This document shows, piece by piece, positions 19,503-28,609 of a stretch of 33,441 nucleotides of DNA. Numbering within the stretch: position 1 is the first letter of the stretch; every line of letters starts with the position of its first letter. Both the position numbers and the translations under genes were made by a program. Location of the stretch: IMG/VR virus record IMGVR_UViG_3300020462_000026, positions 1-33,441 of that record. The stretch is one strand, 5' to 3'. This DNA comes from a virus. Lineage: Duplodnaviria; Caudoviricetes. The notes under the pieces were generated by a model. It saw only the letters and a list, made by a program, of their open reading frames with translations. It was not told where the DNA came from and made no database searches.

Positions 19503-19723
19503 TGTCTATTGATGATGAAATTGAATTAGAACATTTATTATTTTTTGACCGAAAATGTAGAGTTTGTGGAAAGGTTAAAAGTTTGATGGATGATTTTTAT
19601 TTGACTCGAAAGGGTAGAAAAACATTACCATCATCATATTCATATGAATGCAAGGAATGTACAGTTAAAAGAGTAAGTAAAGGTAGAAAGAGCAATTTAA
19701 GATGGGAATATCCTGATTGGTAA
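19502..19723 (+). CDS. Small hypothetical protein with two CxxC motifs (Zn finger)
   Basis: GTG start overlaps the gp17 TAG stop; 'RKCRVCGKVK...FY...SYECKEC'. Confidence 0.75.
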   Translation: MSIDDEIELEHLLFFDRKCRVCGKVKSLMDDFYLTRKGRKTLPSSYSYECKECTVKRVSKGRKSNLRWEYPDW

Positions 19724-19763
19724 GTATTCACGCATCGTTTCCCCACTAGAAATGCCCCTTTTC

Positions 19764-19770
19764 CTAAATA
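19764..19770 (+). promoter_or_regulatory. Late promoter CTAAATA upstream of gp18
   Basis: Intergenic TAAATA core, followed by SD-like GAGG at 19791-19794 and ATG at 19805. Confidence 0.7.
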
Positions 19771-19804
19771 TTTTTAGGTAAATTGGATGCGAGGAAAAAA
19801 CAAG

Positions 19805-21988
19805 ATGCCCCTAAATTTAGCATCTCCTGGTATTGTAGTAAGAGAAGTAGACTTAACTGTCGGTAGGGTTGACCCAACCTCCAGTGGTGTTGGTGCAATT
19901 GTTGCACCTTTCGCACAAGGTCCTGTTGATCTTCCCACAGTAATCGGAAGCGAGAAAGACTTATTAGATTTATTCGGAAAACCATATAATACAGATAAGC
20001 ACTATGAGCACTGGTTAGTTGCTTCTTCATATCTGGCATATGGTGGAGCACTTAGTGTTGTAAGAGCAGATGATACTAATCTACAAAATGGTTTTGTTGG
20101 TGCTGCAGCAAGTATCAAGATCAAAAGTTTAGAGCACTACGAAGAACTAGGATACGACGAAAATACAATTACTAATGTAGTTGTTGCCGCAAGAAATCCC
20201 GGTTCATGGGCAAATGGATTAAGAGTTGGTATTATTGATGCTAAGGCAGATCAAATTCTCACACTTTCTGCAGCAAATAGTATTGCTGTTGGAATGGGTG
20301 TTACTCAAGCAATTTCATCAGTACTTCCTGGAGCAGGATCTACTTCGGTTCTTGACGGTTATTTGAAAGGTATTGTAACCGAAGTTGATGGTACAGATGC
20401 ATATGTAAAAGTTCTTGAACATGTTTCTGCAGCAGGAGTTAATGCCGAAGTAGATTATCAACCATCAGGTGTTTATGCATTCTCCGGAACTGGAAGTGTA
20501 GCAATTCACACTAGTGGACAAGCAGTATCATATGCAACTACTTCTGTTACTGCACAGAAAGATTGGTTTGATCAACAATCACTTACTTTAACTTCATCAT
20601 CGACTATTAAGTGGAATGAACTTGCAGATCGACCAGGAACTTCTGAGTATGCATCAGCAAGAGGATCTAGATTTGATGAAGTTCATGTTGTTGTAGTTGA
20701 TGGTGATGGAGATATCACAGGAAACTCTGGGACAGTTCTTGAAAAGCATCTATCACTATCAAAAGCAAAAGATGCAGAGTATTCACTCGGTTCTCCTTCA
20801 TACTGGAGAAAGTTTATTGCAAATGGTTCTCCAAATATTTTTGCCGGTTCAGCACCAGCAGGTATTGTAACAACTGGATTTGCTAGTGGTGGAACTGGAT
20901 TCGATCCTGAGACTGATGTATCTTGGGATCAAAATACAGAAGGTATTACCTTTGCTGCAACTGGTAATTCTAACAACACATTAGGTGGTGGTTGGAATTA
21001 TGATGGAGCAGGTGATATAGAAAGTAATGGTTCATTAAGTGCAGGTTTAAGTGGATTATCTAGTGGTTATGGATTATTTGAGAATACTGAAAAGTATAAT
21101 GTAGATTTCATTCTTATGGGATCTGCTGGATATGCTAAGGAAGATGCGCAAGCACTTGCGAATAAGTGTATTGCAGTTGCCGAAGCAAGAAAGGATGCAA
21201 TTGCATTCATCTCACCATATAGAGGTGCTGCAATTACTGATGTTGGTGCAGGAACTGCTGATGTTAATGATAGAGCAGTAACTATCAATTCAGATGAGAC
21301 GATTACTGATAATGTAATCAGTTTCTATGCTCCCATCACTTCGACAACTTATGGAATCTTTGATAGTGGTTACAAGTATATGTTTGATAGGTTTGCAAAT
21401 ACCTTCAGATATGTTCCACTAAATGGAGACATTGCTGGTCTTTGTGCTAGAAATGATGCAAATAACTTCCCATGGTTCTCACCAGCAGGAGTAAATCGTG
21501 GTGGAATTCTAAATGCAGTTAAACTTGCATATACTCCATCTAAAGCACAGAGAGATAGATTGTATTCTAATAGAGTCAATCCAGTAATCTTCTCACCTGG
21601 TGCCGGTATTGTTCTCTTTGGAGATAAGACTGGATTCGGTAAGTCTTCGGCATTTGATCGTATTAACGTTCGTAGATTGTTTATCTATCTTGAAGATGCA
21701 ATTTCTGCTGCTGCAAAAGATCAACTCTTTGAATTCAATGATGAAATCACAAGAACCAACTTTGTGAACATCGTTGAACCATTCCTCCGTGATGTCCAGG
21801 CAAAGAGAGGAATCTTCGACTTTGTAGTTATTTGTGATGAGACAAATAACACTGCTGCTATTATAGATAATAATGAGTTTGTAGCAGACATCTTTATCAA
21901 ACCCGCAAGATCAATCAACTTCATCGGTCTTACGTTTGTTGCCACCAGAACTGGTGTTTCATTTGATGAAGTAATCGGTAACGTTTAA
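19805..21988 (+). CDS. gp18: Tail sheath protein gp18
   Basis: 'MPLNLASPGIVVREVDLT', 'PWFSPAG..RG', 'LY.NRVNPV', 'SAFDRINVRRLF', 'FEFND', 'IKPARSINFI.L.FVA'. Start set at 19805 rather than 19787 because GAGG precedes it. Confidence 0.97.
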   Translation: MPLNLASPGIVVREVDLTVGRVDPTSSGVGAIVAPFAQGPVDLPTVIGSEKDLLDLFGKPYNTDKHYEHWLVASSYLAYGGALSVVRADDTNLQNGFVGAAASIKIKSLEHYEELGYDENTITNVVVAARNPGSWANGLRVGIIDAKADQILTLSAANSIAVGMGVTQAISSVLPGAGSTSVLDGYLKGIVTEVDGTDAYVKVLEHVSAAGVNAEVDYQPSGVYAFSGTGSVAIHTSGQAVSYATTSVTAQKDWFDQQSLTLTSSSTIKWNELADRPGTSEYASARGSRFDEVHVVVVDGDGDITGNSGTVLEKHLSLSKAKDAEYSLGSPSYWRKFIANGSPNIFAGSAPAGIVTTGFASGGTGFDPETDVSWDQNTEGITFAATGNSNNTLGGGWNYDGAGDIESNGSLSAGLSGLSSGYGLFENTEKYNVDFILMGSAGYAKEDAQALANKCIAVAEARKDAIAFISPYRGAAITDVGAGTADVNDRAVTINSDETITDNVISFYAPITSTTYGIFDSGYKYMFDRFANTFRYVPLNGDIAGLCARNDANNFPWFSPAGVNRGGILNAVKLAYTPSKAQRDRLYSNRVNPVIFSPGAGIVLFGDKTGFGKSSAFDRINVRRLFIYLEDAISAAAKDQLFEFNDEITRTNFVNIVEPFLRDVQAKRGIFDFVVICDETNNTAAIIDNNEFVADIFIKPARSINFIGLTFVATRTGVSFDEVIGNV

Positions 21989-22007
21989 TCTAGAGGTTTA
22001 AGAAACA

Positions 22008-22604
22008 ATGGCTCGTCAGCAAGTAAATACTTTACCACTAAGAACTATTAGTGATTTTAAAAGTAAATTAAAAGGTGGTGGTGCAAGACCTAATCTATTC
22101 GAAGTGGAATTAACCTTCCCTTCGGGTGTTGGTGTTCAGGATGAAAACGAAGTTCTTAATGATGCTAGATTTTTAGTAAAAGCAGCAGCACTACCTTCTT
22201 CAACAGTAGCACCGATTGATATTCCTTTTAGAGGAAGAATCCTGAAAATTGCAGGTGATAGAACATTCGAAACATGGACTATCACTGTAATGAATGATAC
22301 TTCATTCAATATCAGATCTGCATTTGAGAAGTGGATGAACTATATTAATAAATTGGATAACGGAACTGGTGAAACAGATCCTGCACTTTATCAAGTGGAT
22401 GCTAAAGTAAATCAATTAGATCGTACCGGAACAGTCCTTAGAAAATATATTTTCAAGGATGTTTTCCCAACTAATATCTCAACAATTGATTTAAGTTATG
22501 AGACGACTGACACTATTCAGGAGTTTACCGTAGAAATGCAAGTCCATTATTGGGAAGCATATAAAGGTAATGGACCATCAGCAGGTGGTGAAGATATCTC
22601 CTAA
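22008..22604 (+). CDS. gp19: Tail tube protein gp19
   Basis: 'GGARPNLFEV', 'FRGR.LKIAGDRTFETWTIT', 'FPTNIS.IDLSY', 'EFTVE'; SD 'gagg' upstream. Confidence 0.96.
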   Translation: MARQQVNTLPLRTISDFKSKLKGGGARPNLFEVELTFPSGVGVQDENEVLNDARFLVKAAALPSSTVAPIDIPFRGRILKIAGDRTFETWTITVMNDTSFNIRSAFEKWMNYINKLDNGTGETDPALYQVDAKVNQLDRTGTVLRKYIFKDVFPTNISTIDLSYETTDTIQEFTVEMQVHYWEAYKGNGPSAGGEDIS

Positions 22605-22607
22605 ATA
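22601..22607 (+). promoter_or_regulatory. Late promoter CTAAATA overlapping the gp19 stop, upstream of gp20
   Basis: TAAATA core whose TAA is the gp19 stop codon. Confidence 0.65.
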
Positions 22608-22637
22608 ATAAAATAGTAGTCTAAGTTAGTTTATAAT

Positions 22638-24293
22638 ATGGCAAAACTTTTTGGTTTTTCTATTGATGATGTAGAAAAGAAATCCAAATCTGTAGTTTCC
22701 CCCGTCCCCGTGAATAACGAGGATGGGGTTGATAACTATATTGCAAGTGGATTTTATGGTTCATATGTAGATATTGAAGGTCAATATAGAACAGAATTTG
22801 ATCTAATAAAAAGATACAGAGAGATGTCACTACATCCAGAAGCGGATGGTGCTATCGAAGATGTTGTAAATGAAGCAATTGTGAGTGATCTTTATGATTC
22901 TCCAATTGAAATTGAATTGTCCAATTTAAATGCTACGGATAATTTAAAGAAGGCAATCAGACAAGAATTTAAGTATATTAAAGAAATATTAGACTTCGAT
23001 AAGAAGTCACATGAAATTTTTAGAAACTGGTATGTTGATGGAAGACTTTATTACCATAAAGTAATTGATATTAAGAAACCTCAGGAAGGAATTAAAGAAC
23101 TGAGGTATATTGACCCAATGAAGATGCGGTTTGTCCGCCAAGAGAAGAAAAAAGATAAAAATCTTATTGGACCAAGTGTTCCAGGTCGCAACGAATCAAA
23201 AAATGGAATTGCTCCAGAGATTGAAGAATATTTTGTGTATACCCCTAAACCAAACTATCCAACAGGAAATTTAACTGGTGGTGGTGGAAATAAAGGAACT
23301 AAGATTGCAAAAGATGCAATTACATATTGTACCTCAGGTCTGGTAGATAGAAATAAAGGTTCTGTTCTCTCTTATCTTCATAAGGCAATTAAGGCACTCA
23401 ATCAACTTAGAATGATTGAGGATTCTTTGGTTATCTATAGATTATCAAGAGCACCCGAACGTCGTATTTTTTATATTGATGTTGGCAATCTTCCTAAAGT
23501 AAAGGCAGAACAATATCTTCGTGATGTTATGAATCGTTATCGTAACAAGCAAGTTTATGATGCAAACACCGGAGAAATCCGTGATGATCGTAAATTCATG
23601 AGTATGATGGAAGATTTTTGGCTTCCTCGAAGAGAAGGTGGTCGTGGCACTGAGATCACTACACTTCCTGGTGGACAAAACTTAGGAGAACTTGCTGATA
23701 TTGAATATTTCCAAAAGAAACTTTATAGAGCACTTGGAGTTCCAGAATCAAGAATTGCTGCTGATGGTGGATTTAATCTTGGTCGTTCTTCTGAAATCTT
23801 AAGAGATGAACTTAAGTTTGCTAAGTTTGTTGGTCGTCTGAGAAAAAGATTTGCTCAGATGTTCAATGACATGCTAAAGACACAATTAATTCTTAAGAAC
23901 ATTGTTTCAGTAGAAGATTGGGATAAGATTAGTGATCATATTCAATATGATTTCTTATATGATAATCAGTTTGCAGAACTGAAAGAAACTGAAATGCTCA
24001 ATGAGAGACTTGGTATTCTTGCATCAATTGAACCTTATATTGGTAAGTATTATTCACAAAAATGGGTTCGTAGTAAAGTTCTTCGTCAGACTGATGGAGA
24101 AATGATTGAAATGGATGAGCAAATTGAACAGGAAATCAAAGATGGAATTATTCCCGATCCGAGTGCTGTTGATCCAATAACTGGAGAACCATTGCCAGCA
24201 GGAGGTGAGCAGGGAATGATGGGTAATGTTCCTATGGAATCAGAAATTGACGGATCTTCCACAGAAGTTAATGGCAAATCTGCCGAGATATAA
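22638..24293 (+). CDS. gp20: Portal vertex protein gp20
   Basis: 'IYRLSRAPERRIFYIDVGNLPK.KAEQY', 'EDFWLPRREGGRGTEITTLPGGQNLG', 'RDELKF.KFV.RLR'. Confidence 0.98.
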   Translation: MAKLFGFSIDDVEKKSKSVVSPVPVNNEDGVDNYIASGFYGSYVDIEGQYRTEFDLIKRYREMSLHPEADGAIEDVVNEAIVSDLYDSPIEIELSNLNATDNLKKAIRQEFKYIKEILDFDKKSHEIFRNWYVDGRLYYHKVIDIKKPQEGIKELRYIDPMKMRFVRQEKKKDKNLIGPSVPGRNESKNGIAPEIEEYFVYTPKPNYPTGNLTGGGGNKGTKIAKDAITYCTSGLVDRNKGSVLSYLHKAIKALNQLRMIEDSLVIYRLSRAPERRIFYIDVGNLPKVKAEQYLRDVMNRYRNKQVYDANTGEIRDDRKFMSMMEDFWLPRREGGRGTEITTLPGGQNLGELADIEYFQKKLYRALGVPESRIAADGGFNLGRSSEILRDELKFAKFVGRLRKRFAQMFNDMLKTQLILKNIVSVEDWDKISDHIQYDFLYDNQFAELKETEMLNERLGILASIEPYIGKYYSQKWVRSKVLRQTDGEMIEMDEQIEQEIKDGIIPDPSAVDPITGEPLPAGGEQGMMGNVPMESEIDGSSTEVNGKSAEI

Positions 24294-24296
24294 ATA
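24289..24296 (+). promoter_or_regulatory. Late promoter TATAAATA overlapping the gp20 stop
   Basis: Exact consensus, 25 nt before the ATG at 24322. Confidence 0.8.
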
Positions 24297-24321
24297 TAAA
24301 ATATAGATATATTAAAATTTC

Positions 24322-24489
24322 ATGGAAGAAATTGTAAATTTGATCGGGTCCGATGCTTCGGCATCTGATATTAGTGACAAAATCAAAGATATCTTGTATG
24401 CAAAAGCAGCAGGACATATTGATAATGCTCGACCAGTAGTTGGTGCATCCATGTTTAATGATGAATCACAATCAGAGGATCAAGAATAA
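24322..24489 (+). CDS. 55-aa acidic hypothetical protein (not in the ORF track); gp67-like position
   Basis: Manual translation: MEEIVNLIGSDASASDISDKIKDILYAKAAGHIDNARPVVGASMFNDESQSEDQE*. Follows a late promoter, fills the gap exactly and is TAATG-coupled to the next gene. Confidence 0.8.
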   Translation: MEEIVNLIGSDASASDISDKIKDILYAKAAGHIDNARPVVGASMFNDESQSEDQE

Positions 24490-24758
24490 TGGCAAGAACT
24501 TTATTGGTTGGCACTGGAACAGAAGTTGCACTTGATACACCAACCTCTTTAGGTAATGCAACAGTAGTTAGAGTTTTTAATAGCACTGGATCTAATGCAA
24601 CCGTCAGTGTTGCTAAAAGCACCACAACTGGATATGCAAGCACTGCTACTGTAACTATTACAGCTGCTAGAATTGAGTTCTTCGAAAAAGGTGCTCAAGA
24701 TTTAATTTCTGCATCAGTTGCAGGAGTTGTAGGATTTAAGATAGGATTTACAGGTTAA
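24489..24758 (+). CDS. 89-aa beta-rich hypothetical (probable head-associated) protein
   Basis: Coupled start; Ala/Thr/Val-rich with alternating beta-strand patterns; sits between gp20 and gp21. Confidence 0.75.
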   Translation: MARTLLVGTGTEVALDTPTSLGNATVVRVFNSTGSNATVSVAKSTTTGYASTATVTITAARIEFFEKGAQDLISASVAGVVGFKIGFTG

Positions 24759-24763
24759 TACAA

Positions 24764-25414
24764 ATGAAACTTATCACAGAAGAAATTTCAAACGTAAAGA
24801 TTATTACTGAAGGTAAAGGTCTTAATAAGAGACTTTATATTGAAGGAGTTTTCCTGCAAGGAGACCTCAAAAATCGTAATGGAAGAATGTATCCTATGGA
24901 AACTCTTTCTAAAGAAGTAAGTCGATATAATGAAGCATTCGTCCAAAAAGGACGTGCTCTTGGAGAACTTGGTCATCCCGATGGACCTACCGTAAATCTT
25001 GATCGTGTTTCTCATAAGATTACCTCACTCACTCAAGAGGGTAGTAATTTCAGAGGTAAGGCACAAATCCTTAATACTCCTATGGGTAAAATCGCATCTT
25101 CTCTTTTAGATGAAGGTGTCATGCTTGGAGTTTCTTCTCGTGGTGTTGGTTCATTAAAAGAAGACCGTGGTGGTATAAAAGTTGTTGGTGAAGATTTCAT
25201 GTTAGCAACTGCTGCTGATATCGTTGCCGATCCTTCTGCACCTGATGCATTTGTATCAGGAATTATGGAAGGAAAAGAGTGGATTTGGGAAGGAGGAATT
25301 CTTCGTGAGCAACTCGCAGAAAGAACTCAGAAGAGAATTAATACTCTCGTTGACCAAAAAGTTCTTGAGGAGCATAAGTTGAACCTATTCAACGAATTCT
25401 TATCAAATCTTTAA
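24764..25414 (+). CDS. gp21: Prohead protease gp21
   Basis: 'MKLITE', 'NRNGRMYP', 'ALGELGHP' (catalytic His), 'GVSSRGVGS' (catalytic Ser), 'DIVADPSAPDAFV'. Confidence 0.97.
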   Translation: MKLITEEISNVKIITEGKGLNKRLYIEGVFLQGDLKNRNGRMYPMETLSKEVSRYNEAFVQKGRALGELGHPDGPTVNLDRVSHKITSLTQEGSNFRGKAQILNTPMGKIASSLLDEGVMLGVSSRGVGSLKEDRGGIKVVGEDFMLATAADIVADPSAPDAFVSGIMEGKEWIWEGGILREQLAERTQKRINTLVDQKVLEEHKLNLFNEFLSNL

Positions 25415-25416
25415 AT

Positions 25417-25424
25417 TATAAATA
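25417..25424 (+). promoter_or_regulatory. Late promoter TATAAATA upstream of gp22
   Basis: Exact consensus in the intergenic gap. Confidence 0.85.
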
Positions 25425-25457
25425 AATATATTAGTATAAAAAATCTAATAACACAAA

Positions 25458-26582
25458 ATGTCCGTTGGTAGCAATTTACAAGAAATGGAAAACGTAGTAA
25501 CTAAAGGAGCTGCTGCATCTGAGGCAATGCCAAAATCTGGAAGCAATGCTTCCGGTGTTTCGACCCCTGGTCAAACTGGTAGTTACGAAGATCTCGGTGG
25601 TCCCACTCCAGAAAACTATAAAGTAGACGACAACTCTGCTAAACTCGCAGAACCTAAAATCGCAACTGTCAAAGACATTGTGAATAGAGGTGCAAAACCT
25701 GCTGAACCCATGCCTAAAGGTATGAAGGAAGAAGAGGAAGTTGAAGGAGAAGTCGTCGAAGAAGAAGACACTACTGCATCTGCCGAAGATGTAGTTTCCG
25801 AGGAAGAAACTTCTGATGAAGAAGTTGTATCTGAAGAAGAAGTCATCGAAGCAGAATATGACATCGAAGAAGATGTTGATGCATTGCTTGCCGGTGAAGA
25901 ACTTTCCGAAGAATTCCAAGAGAAAGCACGTACCATTTTCGAAGCTGCTATCAAGACAAAAGTTGCCGAAGTTCAAGAAGAACTGAAGGCACAATATGAA
26001 ACAACTCTCGAAGAAGAAGTTACTCTTATTAAAGAAGAACTGACTGATAGAGTTGATGCATACCTTGAGTATGTTGCTGAAGAGTGGATTAAAGAAAATC
26101 AACTCGCAGTCGAGCAAGGACTCAAGGCTGAAATGTCAGAATCATTCCTGACTGGAATGAGAAGTCTTTTTGAAGATCATTATGTAAACATCCCTGAAGA
26201 GAAATATGATGTAACTACCGCAATGGTAGAAAAATTAGATGAAATGGAATATAAACTCAACGAGCAAATTAAGTCTAATATTGCTCTTAATCAAAGATTA
26301 GCCGAGTCGGTTGCCGAGACAATCCTCTCCGATGTCTCCGAAGGTCTTGCACTTTCACAAAGGGATAGATTAGCCGATCTTGCCGGAAATGTTGAGTTTG
26401 ATAGTGAAGAGAACTATAGAGAGAAACTTACAACTCTGAAGAATTCTTATTTCTCAGAAACTGTCGGTTCTCAAAGAGACACTTCAGAGAATATCTCTGA
26501 GAGTTCAGAGTCCATTGCACAACCAGTTACTGGTTTAATGGAATCATATCTCGATACTCTGACTAGAGTTTCTAAAAAGTGA
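25458..26582 (+). CDS. gp22: Prohead core scaffold gp22
   Basis: Very acidic and coiled-coil; 'LSEEFQEKARTIFEAA', 'VDAYLEYVAEEW..EN.LAVE.G'; lies between gp21 and gp23. Confidence 0.95.
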   Translation: MSVGSNLQEMENVVTKGAAASEAMPKSGSNASGVSTPGQTGSYEDLGGPTPENYKVDDNSAKLAEPKIATVKDIVNRGAKPAEPMPKGMKEEEEVEGEVVEEEDTTASAEDVVSEEETSDEEVVSEEEVIEAEYDIEEDVDALLAGEELSEEFQEKARTIFEAAIKTKVAEVQEELKAQYETTLEEEVTLIKEELTDRVDAYLEYVAEEWIKENQLAVEQGLKAEMSESFLTGMRSLFEDHYVNIPEEKYDVTTAMVEKLDEMEYKLNEQIKSNIALNQRLAESVAETILSDVSEGLALSQRDRLADLAGNVEFDSEENYREKLTTLKNSYFSETVGSQRDTSENISESSESIAQPVTGLMESYLDTLTRVSKK

Positions 26583-26629
26583 TTTTTTAATTATAAATCA
26601 AACTAAAATTTTTAACAAGGTAAATTCAA

Positions 26630-27991
26630 ATGCAAGGTTTCAATGCTGAACACCTTCAGGAGAAGTGGGCACCTATCCTCAACCATGAGGGTCTCGGAGG
26701 CATCAATGATGCTCATAAGAGAATGGTTACCGCAGTTCTTCTGGAGAACCAAGAAAAAATGATCAGAGAGGAAAGAGAATTCCTTTCTGAAGCACCTACC
26801 AACTCCACCGGAGCTGGTATCGATAACTTCGATCCCGTTCTGATCTCATTGATCAGACGCGCAATGCCTAACCTGGTCGCATATGACCTCGCAGGTGTTC
26901 AACCGATGAACGGTCCTACTGGACTGATCTTCGCAATGCGTTCCCGCTTCACGAATCAAAGTGGTGAAGAGGCACTCTTCGACGAAGCAAACACCGCATT
27001 CTCCAACAGTGGTATTTCTACCTCTGGAAGTTATGTTGATAATTCTGAAGGACCTGCCGTTGGTTTAGGAACTGATACTCAAAGAGGTTCTAATCCTGGT
27101 CTCCTTAATCCTAGTACCCAAACCACCACCGGTTATACCGTTGGTCAGGGCATGGACACATCAATGTCCGAAAGTCTTGGAGACGGACAAACTTTCAACG
27201 AGATGGCATTCTCGATTGAGAAAGTCACCGTTACTGCTAAGTCCCGTGCTCTGAAAGCAGAGTATTCTCTGGAACTGGCACAAGACCTCAAGGCAATCCA
27301 CGGTTTGAATGCCGAGGCAGAACTTGCCAACATTCTCTCCACTGAGATTCTTGCGGAAATCAACAGAGAAGTCATCAGAACCATCTATAAGGTTGCAGAA
27401 CCTGGTGCTCAGGCAAACGTTGCTACCGGTGGTACTTTCGACCTCGACGTTGACTCTAACGGACGTTGGAGTGTTGAGAAGTTCAAAGGTCTTATTTTCC
27501 AAATCGAGAGAGATGCGAACGCAATCGCACAAAGAACTCGTAGAGGAAAGGGCAACATGATTCTGTGTTCCGCAGACGTTGCTTCCGCACTGACCATGGC
27601 TGGTGTACTTGATTACACCCCTGCACTCAATGCAAACCTGAACGTTGATGACACCGGTAACACCTTCGCAGGTGTACTTGCTGGTAAGTATAAGGTCTAT
27701 ATTGATCCTTATTCTGCAAACGTTTCTGCTGATCAGTACTATGTTGCTGGTTATAAGGGTGCTTCACCTTATGACGCAGGTCTGTTCTACTGTCCTTACG
27801 TTCCTCTTCAGATGGTTCGTGCAGTTGGAGAGAACACCTTCCAGCCTAAGATCGGATTCAAGACTCGTTACGGTATTGTTTCCAACCCATTTGCTGATGG
27901 CAAAAGAACTGGAGAAGTTAACAACTCTGGTAGACTCGAAACTAACAAGAACCGTTACTACAGAAGAGTCAAAGTTCAAAACCTCATGTGA
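26630..27991 (+). CDS. gp23: Major capsid protein gp23
   Basis: 'EKWAPIL', 'DPVLISLIRRAMPNL.AYD..GVQPM.GPTGLIFAMR', 'KSRALKAEYS.ELAQDLKAIHGL', 'FQPKIGFKTRYG'; probable maturation site FLSE/A at residues 54/55. Confidence 0.99.
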   Translation: MQGFNAEHLQEKWAPILNHEGLGGINDAHKRMVTAVLLENQEKMIREEREFLSEAPTNSTGAGIDNFDPVLISLIRRAMPNLVAYDLAGVQPMNGPTGLIFAMRSRFTNQSGEEALFDEANTAFSNSGISTSGSYVDNSEGPAVGLGTDTQRGSNPGLLNPSTQTTTGYTVGQGMDTSMSESLGDGQTFNEMAFSIEKVTVTAKSRALKAEYSLELAQDLKAIHGLNAEAELANILSTEILAEINREVIRTIYKVAEPGAQANVATGGTFDLDVDSNGRWSVEKFKGLIFQIERDANAIAQRTRRGKGNMILCSADVASALTMAGVLDYTPALNANLNVDDTGNTFAGVLAGKYKVYIDPYSANVSADQYYVAGYKGASPYDAGLFYCPYVPLQMVRAVGENTFQPKIGFKTRYGIVSNPFADGKRTGEVNNSGRLETNKNRYYRRVKVQNLM

Positions 27992-28016
27992 TCCACGGTT
28001 CACATATTTCTTATAC

Positions 28017-28042
28017 AGAGGCCCGAAAGGGTCTCTTTTTTT
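28017..28042 (+). terminator. Rho-independent terminator after gp23
   Basis: Stem AGAGGCCC / GAAA tetraloop / GGGTCTCT (8 bp including one G-U), followed by a T run. Confidence 0.9.
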
Positions 28043-28044
28043 AT

Positions 28045-28051
28045 CTAAATA
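28045..28051 (+). promoter_or_regulatory. Late promoter CTAAATA upstream of gp3
   Basis: TAAATA core directly after the terminator, 9 nt before the ATG at 28061. Confidence 0.65.
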
Positions 28052-28060
28052 AAAATAAAA

Positions 28061-28609
28061 ATGTCCAGCGATTTTCCCAACCAAATAAACAATAGAAACT
28101 TTCTAGCACCGGTTGGTTTTAAGTTTACTCTTTCAAAAAATCCAAAGATTCCTTTTTTCTGTAATTCAGCAAGAATACCGGAAATTAGTTTAGGTTCTGC
28201 AATTCAACCAACATACCTTAAGGATTTGGATGTTCCTGGTGATAAATTATCTTATGGAGATTTCACTTTAAGATTTTTAGTTGATGAGAATATGGAAAAT
28301 TATATGGCAGTTCATAATTGGATGACTGGTTTAGGATTTCCAGAAACAACTCAACAATTTAGAGATTTAATAACGAATGATGATGGTGTAAGAGATTTAA
28401 AAGAACAGTTTAGTGATGGAAGTCTTCACATTTTAAATAGTAATTTTAGAGATGTTGCTATTGTAAAGTTTAGGGATTTATATCCAACATATTTGACCTC
28501 TTTAGAATTTCAGGCAAGTGATACTGATATCAGATACTTTACAGCAGAGGTCACTTTCAAGTATACTATCTACAATGTCCTAGCTGCTGATAACAGAACA
28601 CCATTATGA
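28061..28609 (+). CDS. gp3: Tail tube terminator/completion protein gp3
   Basis: 'NRNFLAPVGFKF', 'PGDKL.Y', 'F.VDE.MENY...HNWM', 'F.DLYPT.L'; position after gp23 is typical of cyanomyoviruses. Confidence 0.85.
   Translation: MSSDFPNQINNRNFLAPVGFKFTLSKNPKIPFFCNSARIPEISLGSAIQPTYLKDLDVPGDKLSYGDFTLRFLVDENMENYMAVHNWMTGLGFPETTQQFRDLITNDDGVRDLKEQFSDGSLHILNSNFRDVAIVKFRDLYPTYLTSLEFQASDTDIRYFTAEVTFKYTIYNVLAADNRTPL

Noticed and set aside
19787-19804. Longer gp18 N-terminus (MRGKNK)
   Set aside because: The GAGG SD lies inside this extension, and 'MPLNLASPG' matches the usual gp18 start.
17856-24293. Possible introns, inteins or homing endonucleases in gp17, gp18 or gp20
   Set aside because: The ORFs are continuous and of expected length, with no splicing, LAGLIDADG, GIY-YIG or HNH motifs seen.
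26592-26599. TATAAATC upstream of gp23 as a late promoter
   Set aside because: Mismatch at the last position of the core; gp23 can be transcribed from the consensus promoter before gp22. Left uncalled.
25476-27597. Long minus-strand ORFs (213, 112, 123 aa and others) opposite gp22 and gp23
   Set aside because: Shadow ORFs from GAA-rich and biased codon usage; Phe/Ser-rich translations with no motifs, fully overlapping core genes.
26630-27991. Visibly higher GC in gp23 (and gp22), suggesting horizontal transfer
   Set aside because: Explained by C-ending optimal codons (TTC, AAC, ATC, TAC) in highly expressed genes; synteny is normal.
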